From: Negaprion brevirostris | Taxonomy: Eukaryota | Assembly: GCA_030324005.1 (NCBI GenBank) | Contig: JARDVH010000084.1 | Location: forward strand, 52,615,366 to 52,679,365 | Reading direction: 5' to 3' | Length of the DNA: 64,000 nucleotides | In this document: positions 1 through 10,800 of the stretch, piece by piece | Numbering within the stretch: the first letter of the stretch is position 1 | How the letters are laid out: the number at the start of each line of letters is the position of its first letter | Program-made: the position numbers and the translations under genes | Notes under the pieces: generated by a model | Told to the model about the DNA's origin: nothing | What the model saw: only the letters and a program-made list of their open reading frames with translations | The model's database searches: none

Positions 1-140
1 CAATCTTTGTATCATCAGCAAATTTGCTGATCCAATTTACCACATTATCATCCAGATCATTGATACAGATGACAAACAACAATGGACCCAACACCAATCC
101 CTGCGGCACACCACTCGTCACAGGCCTCCAGTCAGAAGCA
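1..140 (-). mobile_element. CR1-type LINE reverse transcriptase fragment
   Basis: Minus strand reads [45 protein letters not shown] (PQG and FADD motifs of CR1 RT). Confidence 0.85.
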
Positions 141-647
141 ATTCTCCACAACTCTGGCTTCATCACCCCTTTCCCCAATGGCTTTGCCTTTTGGTTTGGC
201 AACACTTTGATTTTAAAAATTTCCCATTTTCACGTCTCTTCAATATTTCTGTAACTACCTTCAGTCTTCAAAATCACAATTTTTTAAGCACTCCATTTTT
301 AACACTCATCCATTGAAGGTTATGCCTTCAGCTGCCTTCTTAAACATTTGAATTCCTTGTGATAACAAGAGTTTAAAGTCAAGGTGTTGCCAAGCCAAGA
401 GCCAATGTCATTGGGGAAAGGGCTGATGGGTGAAAGGGCCTTGCTCTGTTAAAGATCTGTCCTAATATAGCATAATGGCTGTATAAATGCAATTTTTTTG
501 AGATGTATTTCAGCATATAAAGTCCCCACTAGGAGCACCAATTAAAAATGTATTCTTAATTAAATTCTGGGATCCATGCAAGAATGGGGTTGAAGGGACT
601 CTTGAGTAATGGCTGATATTTTTTAAATAAACATTGCCTTTTTTTAG

Positions 648-893
648 GTTCTACCTCCACCAAAACTGAAACTTCATAACAATTATGTTCATTCTAATAA
701 TGGCTATGCTGTTACCATAATCCAGCCTGATGACAGACATTGCCGTGAAGCAGATGAGGAGGTACTAGAATGCGCTGCAGGGGGTGATATGAGAGATGAT
801 CTTGTCAAAGCAATGCAGAACATGAGTCTTGAAATGAACAATAATAAGTTTGAAAACAATTCAATGGGAGAAATAGGTGTCATTGTTTGTTAA
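648..893 (+). CDS. SHCBP1L: Terminal coding exon of SHC-binding and spindle-associated 1-like protein
   Basis: Acceptor ccttttttttag at 646-647, then VLPPPKLKLHNNYVHSNNGYAVTIIQP...KAMQNMSLEMNNNKFENNSMGEIGVIVC-TAA. This resembles the recalled human SHCBP1L C-terminus ([27 protein letters not shown]...MQNLNLEMNNNKIE), and the gene is convergent with DHX9 as in human. Confidence 0.85.
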   Translation, partial: VLPPPKLKLHNNYVHSNNGYAVTIIQPDDRHCREADEEVLECAAGGDMRDDLVKAMQNMSLEMNNNKFENNSMGEIGVIVC

Positions 894-1010
894 TTACTCT
901 AATATGAGAGAATATTGCAGAGTTAGAAACTCTGTTTAACATTTGTCTTGAATCAAAAAGATTTCTAATTACCAGTTTTGTAATACTTGTTCTTTTTTTT
1001 TAAAATCAGT

Positions 1011-1016
1011 AATAAA
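1011..1016 (+). terminator. Candidate polyadenylation signal of SHCBP1L
   Basis: AATAAA about 120 nt after the stop; a second AATAAA at 1060-1065. Confidence 0.5.
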
Positions 1017-2323
1017 CACATTGATGTTTAAGTGGTACAGCTGAGATACAAGTGCAAACAATAAATCAGAATAGTTCAGAAGGTATCTGTATATTAAACT
1101 GTTTCAACTATTTTCTATCTATGTTGGGCAGTAATGATAATCATAAAGTGTGCATTAGCTGGGCTTCAAACTTGCTCTTTGCTACCAGTATTGATAAGAA
1201 TCTATACTTAAAAGCTGATTAAAGACTTGGGACTTGTTTTTTAATTTTGTTACATTTTCTGTATTTAAGTAACCTGCAGAGACGTTGACTATTTTGTAAG
1301 TTTGTGACAAACTAAATGGCATGGAATTATCACAAAGTTGCTACATTGTTATGGATTACAACTGATTTGAAGGAAAGCAAGTTTAATGTCTTAAGAAAAT
1401 TTACCCAAAATGGTGTAACCCAATTTCTCAGAAGACAAAATTGATATTCTGTATGGATCCCTGAAATATATAATAAAAGTCTTTGAAGCCTAACATCCAA
1501 GAGCACTTGTGATCTAAGTATGAAATAATGTATTTTTATGACAGTATACAGCTGTATATTAAAGGGTATACTCCAGTATGTATGCATTTCATTAAATGAT
1601 GTATTATCTCACTATCAGATGCAAATGTCTGCAGACACAGCATTGTGAGCAGTCAGTGTAATTATGTTGTGGGTGTAAAACGTCTGCAGAATTGCATATT
1701 TTGTGCAGATCGAATTGAAATCTATAAATCCTGAACTTTGAAATAAACTAAATCTGCGTCAAAGTCAGACTTCCTGATCTAAGAGTTGTCTGATTATATT
1801 TTGGTTTCAAATTTAAAGTGGCAACTAAGGAAATATTGACAATCAGCAAAATGATATATTGATGTTTGAATTCACACTGACCATTTTTATTCTACCATTA
1901 CCGATACATTAGGTAAAACTGTCAGTTGAGCTACAGCAATTTAAATCTTGAATTTAAAGGGAGCAACCACTTTGTAATAACAAGTCCAAAACCGCAACCC
2001 AATTTTTGGGGCCATGACATTTCTGTCCTCCTCCTCCTTTTGGTAAAGGCCAATATGGTGACACCAAGGACAATTAATTAGTGCAAAAACATTTACACCA
2101 GAAGCCTAGATGAGTTAACCATCGGTTAAGAAACCATTACTACTAATGTTTAGTGGGACATAGATTTCATTCTCAAAGAATGCCAGTTTAGCAGAACAGT
2201 ACAATCATATCTTACACCTTATAGGTTGTTCAGTATCCATTTGCTCAAAGCTGAAACAAGGTAAGAAACTTGATGCAACTCCAAATTGTACAACAAGTTA
2301 TGGCCTTGACTTTCATCCTCAAT

Positions 2324-2596
2324 GCACAGTGGTTAGCACTACTGCCTTAGCGCCAGAGACCTGGGTTCAATTCTAGCCTTGGGTAACTGTGTGGAGTTTG
2401 CATGTTCTGCCCATATCTGTGTGGGTTTCCTCCTACGTCCAAAAATGTGGATTGCCCTTGCTAAGTTGCCCCTTAGTGTGTAGCTTGTATGGTTTAGTAG
2501 TTATGGGGATATGACAGCTGGGGTGTGGGCCTGGGTAAAATGCTGAGTCAGTGCAGATTTAATGGATCAAATGGCCTTTTGCACCGTCAGGATTTT
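2324..2596 (+). mobile_element. tRNA-derived V-SINE (HE1-like), diverged
   Basis: cacagtggttagcact...gggttcaatt (A/B-box head), V-domain tgtggagtttgcatgttct...gggtttcctcc, CR1-like tail. Confidence 0.8.
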
Positions 2597-3679
2597 GCAA
2601 AGCTAAGGTGGGTAAAGGGAGTCGTGAAAGTTNNNNNNNNNNNNNNNNNNCTTAAGAAAAAAGTGGTCACAAAGATGAGATCTTCCTTGCCAATGGTGGG
2701 CAGGTGCAGAGGTATGCTATTTATAAGATCCCCCTCCATGCAGTGGGACTTTAAAATAAGAACACAAAGGCCCTCCAAACCACCCAAGGTTAGGCAGAGA
2801 GCCCAGAGATCCATTAAACTTGTTGAAAGACTTAAGCCGAGTTTTCTTTGGGGCACAAGTGATAGCTCAGATCCTCATCTTTGCACTCAATTTCACAATA
2901 TTTGCACAAGGTTAAATGGTTTCAAGAATGTGGTTTTGTTATTGATACTTTAAGGGTCTGAATGATTGACACTTTCATTAGCTTACAGTGAAATGACTTT
3001 TTCAAACATTGGTTATGAAAATTTTTTGAAACTTTTACATTTCCTGTTGTCACTTTTGGGTTCATTGGTTCTATACAGTATAAAGTGAAGTCAATGAGCA
3101 TTGAAGTATCATAGCTTGGCATCAGGAGCATGAGCAGCCAAATGGAGTAGGAGGGAAGGCACTGAGCGTAAGGGGCCATGGGATTTGTCTGGAAGGACAG
3201 TGTTTCTGGGGGAATGCTCAGGAGAACTTTTTAAACTCACCTTTCAGAAGATACCCTGGTACAGACTAGGTTCCTCTGAGGAGCCATGATCCATGACTCT
3301 AAAACACTAATCCAGCTCCATGAATATTATGAAGGAGTGAGCAATGCAATGGAGGATGTGGGCTTTTAACAGCAATCAACCACATCCCCTAAAGGCACTG
3401 ATCAGGACCCACTGATGTTAATTTAGCTTATGTCAGACTAATTTAATCAGAAGAAAGTCAGAAGAGCATTGTCTCTCCAGTAAGGGCTTCTGAAACAAAG
3501 ACATGTCCCCAATCTCATGTAGCAGAAAGACTCTTGTCAAAGCTTCAGCACTTCCACATTTGACGCTCCTTGGTTGGCTCCTTTTACCCATCCTCAACTA
3601 ATTCAAAATTGTGCACAGCACTATCATATTCACTTTGTTTCATGCTAAATCCCACCCATTTGTATCCTTATTCTCACTG

Positions 3680-4005
3680 ATGGTGGCATGTGATAATATC
3701 ACAACAATAAATCCAGACACCGAGGTCATGGGTTCAAATCCCACTATGTCAGCTATTGGAATATGAATTCTATCAATAAATCAGTAATGCTGACCATGAC
3801 AATCATCAATATTAAAACCCATCTGGTTCACTAATGTCCTTTGAGAAGAAAATTACCATTCTTACTTGATCCAGTCCATTTATGTCTCCAAGCCCACAGT
3901 AATGTGGTTGACTCCTAACATAGCCTAACAGACCATTCAGTTCAAGGACAATTAGGATGGGCAACAAATGCTGGCCTTGCCAAATGATGCCCACATCCCA
4001 TAAAA
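3680..4005 (+). mobile_element. tRNA-derived SINE (second family)
   Basis: gggttcaaatcccact B-box, body aaaacccatctggttcactaatgtcc..., tail ggatgggcaacaaatgctggccttgcc. Related pieces at about 5815-5982, 43850-43960 and 54330-54385. Confidence 0.7.
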
Positions 4006-5266
4006 TACTTCTCTGTTTACAACCTTTCTTTTGCAAGTCAGTAACATTTTATACCTTGCAAACTATCCATGACTAGCATTATATAGTTCTATGTTTGAAC
4101 TTTCACCATAATCTTTAACATTGAGATGTGCATTTGATCAATTGAAATGTCTTCCCATGTCCACCATAATTACATTATTTCTATTTAATCAAACAGTGGC
4201 TAAAGGAGTTATTAACATGCAGAATTTTTAAAATGTTATCAGTGTTAAGAATTGTTCTCATTGTTGTTGTAAGTTAAGCGTTCCAACAATATCCATTGCA
4301 TGTTATTGTGAAACAGCAGCAATGCAATCCAAATGCAGAGTATTGGAGATCAACATTAATGGGAAATGACATTTGGAGTGGCATTGTATGGGGTTAACTT
4401 CCTGTATTGTCTTACTTGTGCTAGGTAATATGTCATTTCCTTGATGTTACATACTGTTATTTTGTTCATCATGGTTTCACTTTTTTCACTTTGAACTTTA
4501 TCTTTTCAGCTTTTTTTTTAACCAAATAATCAATTATTTCCTTCCTACTGTAACTTACATGAGTTAAGCATTTTAACGATGTAAATTTGTTCCCAAACTA
4601 AGTTAAAATGACAGTAAGAAAAAGTCTCAGAAGTTTGAGCTGTCGGTCTGTGAATTTCACTGGAGATATGATTGTCCATTAAAAAAAAGTTGGCTTTCTA
4701 TTCACTATGAGACCATTTTGTTTATAGACCAACTCTCACTTTTATTAATTTCAGATTTGCTCTAATTCAATTACCTCAATATATCCTTGCAATTAAATAG
4801 CTCCATTAATCGGAAATATAGCCCAAGGCATTTCACAGAGACATATTAAAATAAAAGGCTACACGTGAATGATACCGCTTTACTCAGTAATTTGAAGTCG
4901 TGGTTAAATGTGTCGGATTATTTATCTTACAGATCATTCTTAATAAACCCCATGATTTTTTGACATTGTTAACAATAATAATCTGAAATAATGATTTCCT
5001 GAATTACAAATGACTGTACACAAAGATCTATTTAATGGTGTTACACAAGTAATTAAGAGTAGTCTGGACAGTAGCATTTGCTAATTTACTATATTTGTGT
5101 TCATTTTGGACTAAGATCTAAGTGTTGCTGAAGTACATCAACAAAGGGAATAGCGTTTTTGCAGACTTTTTATATCATTTTAAGACAACACGATTGTTTT
5201 CAAACCACTACAGTACCTAAATCATAGTGATCTAGAAACCAAAACTGGCAGACCCAAAAAGCTGGC

Positions 5267-5539
5267 AGTTCAAAATGATGTGGATATGCTGGCGTTGGAC
5301 TGGGGTAAACACAGTAAAAAGTCTGACAACACCAGGTTTTAGTCCAACCGNNNNNNNNNNNNNNNNNNNNNNNNNNNNNNNNNNNNNNNNNNNNNNNNNN
5401 NNNNNNNNNNNNNNNNNNNNNNNNNNNNNNNNNNNNNNNNNNNNNNNNNNTAACCCGAAAGCTTGTGAGTTTACTATCAAATAAATCGGTTGGACTAAAA
5501 CCTGGTGTTGTCAGACTTTTTACTGAGTTCAAAATGATG
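5267..5539 (-). mobile_element. Palindromic Penelope-derived short element with TSD
   Basis: Perfect 39-bp inverted arms at 5312-5350 and 5487-5525; flanking direct repeat agttcaaaatgatg at 5267-5280 and 5526-5539; centre is a gap. Confidence 0.7.
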
Positions 5540-5814
5540 CAAAGCAAATTAAGAGCACAATAGTATATAAACTTGTCATAATCTTAACAGTAGGTGTACC
5601 CAAATTTTCATCACCTTAGTACACAAACAATTAATAATGGTATAAAAGAAAGTGAGTGTCAATGTTGTAGACAGAAAACATTTTGTGTTGTGTTTTCCAT
5701 AATAAGCACAGATGACTTGCCAACAATTTAGATTAACAGAAATAGAACTATTGCTGTTCTAATTAAATGGCATATTTCAAAGTCTGATGTGATGACACTT
5801 TGCAATGCTGGACA

Positions 5815-5982
5815 GATGCCGTAAATACATGATCTGGCCTACATGTGACGCCAGACCCACAGCAATGAGGTTGACACTAAATTGCCTCCGAAATGGTCTA
5901 GCAAGCCATTCAGTTCAAGTTAAGGATGGATAACAAATGCTTGCCTTACCAGTGACACCCACGTCCCATGAAAGAATAAAAA
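5815..5982 (+). mobile_element. SINE 3' fragment (same family as 3680-4005)
   Basis: tctggcctacatgtgacgccagacccacagcaatg...ccattcagttcaag...cccacgtcccatgaaagaataaa. Confidence 0.65.
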
Positions 5983-7069
5983 GGTGTTCCAATTTCCACA
6001 GCTAATGTTGATGCCAGTCCCCTATCACATTGCAAGTGCATGTAAAGCCTTCACCTGTTCACACTGGGATGGGACACGGTGAGCTTTAACTGCAATGTCC
6101 TGTCACAGCCGAAGCTCACGTGATCATGAAACATTATCCCAATGAGGGGTAGCATGTGAACAAAAAAAATGCCATAAAGGGCATAGTGAGCTGGGTAGGA
6201 AGCATGAGTGGAAGGTAATACAAGGATTAAGAAACTCTGCTAGTCCAGGAAAGTGGGTTAAAATCATCAAATATAATGAGCTGTGTTGATTGGAAGCATC
6301 CAAGAGGATATTGGTTGCTTTGGTCTATATATTAACAGTTTACACTCAGCAAATTATTAGAAGTGGGAATGGAAACTCCAGAGACTTTTGCTCTTGGCCA
6401 ATCAGAAATACTCTGATGCAGAAACTGCCTTGTTAAAACCATCCAAATACCGGGATAGTCTACAATGTAAACTGCTGCTGCTAACTTAAGAAAGTGAAAT
6501 TCTTAATAAGCATTCTAAATATTTATTTTAATAATCAATAATTACAAAGTATTCATTTCAAATTTCTCCATATTCCTAAAGTCCATTATAATTTGTCCTT
6601 GATTATCCATCAGTGATCCAATTTGATCTTTGACAGTTCACCATGTTTTATAATATCTTTCAGGATCGCTAGATGTTCCAAAGTGCTTCACACCCTACTA
6701 ATTATTTTTGAACAATAATCACTGATGTAAAGAAATACATCATGGTCCCGCAAACTGCAATGAGATGTACTGTTTAAGGCTGAGGAATGGCCAAGGTGCA
6801 GCTTGATTAAATCTTTGGTTCAAATGAATGATGAAATATTCCTTCCAAGCTAATTGGTGCTTTCAATTGAGCTAAAAGGTAACACACGTAGAAGAATGAG
6901 TTTACTTTCAGAGTGGTTCGTTTAATTTTGCTAGTCCTGGTCTTGATTAGAGTGTTTAATCATCACTTCAAGTCAGAACAGGTTTTTATATTAAGCTGCT
7001 CAACTTCATCCTATATTGAAACTGGGCAATAAAGAGCAAATACAAATATTGTTGTTCTCCAACTGCCCT

Positions 7070-7075
7070 TTTATT
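7070..7075 (-). terminator. Candidate polyadenylation signal of DHX9
   Basis: AATAAA on the minus strand about 310 nt after the stop, followed by U/GU-rich sequence (atatttgtatttgctcttt). Confidence 0.55.
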
Positions 7076-7386
7076 TCTTCTTTGTAATACAATGAGAATC
7101 AAATAGACATTCAAAACTAGTGATTCGCTAAGTAAATTTTAATATATTTAAGGATTCTAAACTACCATTTAAGATGGGTCACAAGTACATTTGCTTATTC
7201 TAAGACTGCACTTTAAAGTACACACCAATACGGAAAATAGTTGCATAAAAAGAACTGACAAACTGATTACAACATCTGCAATGTGCATGCATTGTTTCTG
7301 TTCTGAAAATAATTAAATACAAAACTGTATTACTATCAGTGCTTATAAACTGTGCACAAATTGCAACTTTTGGTCTCCTGCAATCT

Positions 7387-7867
7387 CTAATAGTTACCTC
7401 TGCCTTCACCATATCCTCCTCCACCGCCACCACTGTGGTAGCCACTGTATCCTCCACTTCCCCCACCACCTTGGTAGCCCCCATATCCACCACTTTGATA
7501 ACCTCCATATCCTCCTCCGCTACCACCACCACCACCTTGGTAGTTGCGGTATCCACCACCTTGGTAGCTTCCACCACTACCACCTNNNNNNNNNNNNNNN
7601 NNNNNNNNNNNNNNNNNNNNNNNNNNNNNNNNNNNNNNNNNNNNNNNNNNNNNNNNNNNNNNNNNNNNNNNNNNNNNNNNNNNNNTACCACCTCTTCCTC
7701 CTCCATAGTATCCAGAATTGTAACTGCCACGGGAGCCACCATAGCCATTGCCTCTTCCGTAACCACCTCCTCCCCTGTAGCTAGAGCCACGAGCACCCCC
7801 TCCTCTTCCACCAAATCCTTGGCTGTCATACCGAGCCATTTTGGGAGGACGAGGACCATCACCAAAT
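7387..7867 (-). CDS. DHX9: DHX9 last coding exon (human exon 28): nuclear transport signal and Gly/Tyr/RGG tail
   Basis: tttatttcag|A TTT GGT GAT GGT CCT CGT CCT CCC AAA ATG GCT CGG TAT; TAG at 7387-7389; gap at 7586-7685. Confidence 0.93.
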
Positions 7868-10800
7868 CTGAAATAAATCAGAATTGATTACAAAAACACT
7901 TCATAACCAGTGCAAGCCATAACATTAAGAAAACATAATGAAAGTGAAGTGATGAGTTGGTGAACAAGTTGTCCTACTAACTTATTTTTTAGTCTTTACA
8001 AGTTAAACCACTTAATTCCAATAATGATCAGTACAAAAGTGGAGTTAAAAAACACAAATACATACTAAGAGGGCTACAATGACAATGTTGTTGGTACAGC
8101 AAAAAGACAAAATCATTAGTTTAGCTTTCTGACTTGTTCTTCCTTCAGAGTACATTTACCTCAAATTAATTTCTGCCACATCAGTAAAAAATGATAATGC
8201 TGACTATAACTTCCCTCTAATAAAGTTTTAATTCTCAATGGCTGTGGCTCTTTGTAATCGTTCTAAGTATATATCAAACTTTCTTTTATACATAAGCCTG
8301 CTACTAATAATATTTGGTTTTCAGTTTCAGCTTTGCAGCTGGGACAGACTCTTAGCACTTTCCATCATTTGCAATTTCCAAATGCAAATGAATTAATGCA
8401 GCTCTGACTTTGAGTTTACCTTTAGTTTACAAGCATTGTTCCAATCCAGGGAATACATGTGAATTAGAAGAACATAGAACATAGAACATTACAGCGCAGA
8501 ACAGGCCCTTCGGCCCACGATGTTGCGCCGACCAGCTTTTNNNNNNNNNNNNNNNNNNNNNNNNNNNNNNNNNNNNNNNNNNNNNNNNNNNNNNNNNNNN
8601 NNNNNNNNNNNNNNNNNNNNNNNNNNNNNNNNNNNNNNNNCCACTCTTCCAGACTTGGCCTTTAGTTTCCACCCCAACTCCATAAATCTTTGCTTAATAT
8701 CCCCTTCCCTTAATCTTAGGAGCAACAGTGTGCCACTCAGTTCTTTAAACCTGCTCAGCCATTCATTAAGATCATGGCTGATCTGATTGTAACCTCAACT
8801 CTTGTCTACCCCAATAAAGTTTTGCCTTCTTGCTTATCGAGAATCTATTTACCACTGTCTTAAAACAGGAAAAGACACTGCTTCCACCATCTTTTGAGGA
8901 TGAGAGTTCCAAAGACACTCAACCCTTTGAGAAAAAGTTTCTCCTCACCTCTGTGCTAAACAGGTGAGTCCCTTACTTTAAAACTGGCTCTTAGTTCTAG
9001 ATTCGCCTACAAAGGGAAACAACCTCTCCACCTCTTATGTTTCGATCAAGTCACTTCTTATTCTGCCGAACTTCAATGGATACAAGCATAATCTGTCCAA
9101 CCTTTCCTCACAATAAAGCCCACCCAATCCACTGTTCTATTAATCCAGTATTTGAGGCAAGTTCAACTGAATAACTTGATTGCCCAAATAAATTTACTTT
9201 CTCTCCCACCTCCTAAATCTACTGACTTCAGCTGAGTAGTTGGACCACTTACTTACTAGCAGCTATCCAAGTGGTCATTCCCTTCATGCGAGCTGATTTT
9301 CTGAGCAGCAGTAGACTCTTCGAAATGAGGTGTGCAATGGCCAAGCCTGCCATTACCCAATATCCACATACACAGATGAATCATTGATGAATAAGACACT
9401 GGCTAGTTCATGGACAAGTTTAAGGAGCCACATATACTGGATGCAAGGATTACCCACTGCTCTTGACCAGTAATGGCAAACATTCCCTGGCTTGCAATCA
9501 AAATATCTTAACCACATACAAGATCGCAGAAAAAGGTTACTAAAGCGAGATTCCTGCCTAGTATTTACAGTAGCAGGATATTTTGATCTGGAACATCAAG
9601 GCATCAATCTAACTATCTTTAGTTCTTAGCTGGGAAAAATTCCTATGCTCTGCCAGGAATCTTCCCTGCACAAAAATCTCAATCTACCTGTACTCCTCAA
9701 TCTCTTCACTGGGATGTGTCAGACACTAGCCGTCTCAATTTACGTCCTTCTCTCACTCACACTAATCTACTTCCTCAGAATCTATTAGACCACTTAATTA
9801 CGAGCAGTTATCTGAATGCTCATTCCCTTCATGTGAATTGATTTTCTGAGCAGCAGCAGACTCTTTGAAATGAGGTGTGCAATGGCCAAGCCTGGCCATC
9901 TGCATGCTTCAGAAGGACAAGGTTCTGCTGCTGTCATCCAAAGAATGGACCTGCTCCATTAAGCACTGGTGGGATCAGGAGGCAGCCTGGGGCTGGATAG
10001 CTTATGTTAATAGTAGTTTATGTGTTCAAAGGCAGGGAAGTCTCCTGGTGGAAATATTGCTTGCTATAAGTGTGTTTAAAAAACAGGCAGCATGGTAGCA
10101 CAGTGGTTAGCACCAGGGTCCTGGGCTCGGGTCACTGTCTGTGTGGAGTTTGCATGTTCTCCTCGTGTCAGCGTGGGTTTCCTCCGGGTGCTCTGGTTTC
10201 CTCCTACTGTCCAAACATGCGCGGGTTAGGTTGATTGGCCATGCTAAGAAATTGCCCCTTAGTGTCCACGGATGCGTAGGTTAGAGGGATTAGTGGGCAT
10301 ATGTTTGGATATGGGGGTAGGGCCTGGGTGGGATTATGTTTGGTGCAGACTCGATGGGCCAAAGGGCCTCTTTCTGCACTGTGGGGTTCTATGATTCTAT
10401 AAGCCTGCCCTTACCCAGTATCCACACACACAGATGAATCACCGACAAATAAGACACTGGCTAGTTCATGGAGAAGTTTAAGGAGCTTTACAACCTTCCA
10501 GGCAGTTATTTCTACAACTTCAAATATGTAAACATTGCATCCATCATGTTTTTGTTGTGATATTGNNNNNNNNNNNNNNNNNNNNNNNNNNNNNNNNNNN
10601 NNNNNNNNNNNNNNNNNNNNNNNNNNNNNNNNNNNNNNNNNNNNNNNNNNNNNNNNNNNNNNNNNAGCAGCAGTGCTAACCACTGTGCTACCGTGCTGCC
10701 CTATATCCCTAGATATTACTCTATTAAAATAGGACTCGAGTGGAGGCCATTTCATAGGCTCCTTGCTGGTCAGCACATCCTCTGAGCGTCTCCGGCAGCC

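Noticed and set aside
882-893. C-terminal cysteine of SHCBP1L as a prenylation signal
   Set aside because: The sequence is VIVC-stop; the Cys is last, so it is not a CaaX box.
2324-2390. tRNA gene-like A/B boxes here and at 10086, 25000 and 43850
   Set aside because: They are SINE heads continuous with SINE bodies, not cloverleaf tRNAs.
7339-7887. 182-aa Thr/Ser-rich + strand ORF and the 221-aa alternative-frame ORF at 7200-7865
   Set aside because: Both are shadow frames of the low-complexity Gly-rich exon and are inflated by an N gap.
8360-8420. [15 protein letters not shown] on the minus strand as a possible exon 27 remnant
   Set aside because: Similarity to LRAAMEALVVEV is weak, it is bounded by stops, and no suitable splice sites are present.
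10490-10565. FEVVEITA next to the gap as possible exon 27
   Set aside because: Only VVE matches, and flanking residues do not resemble DHX9.
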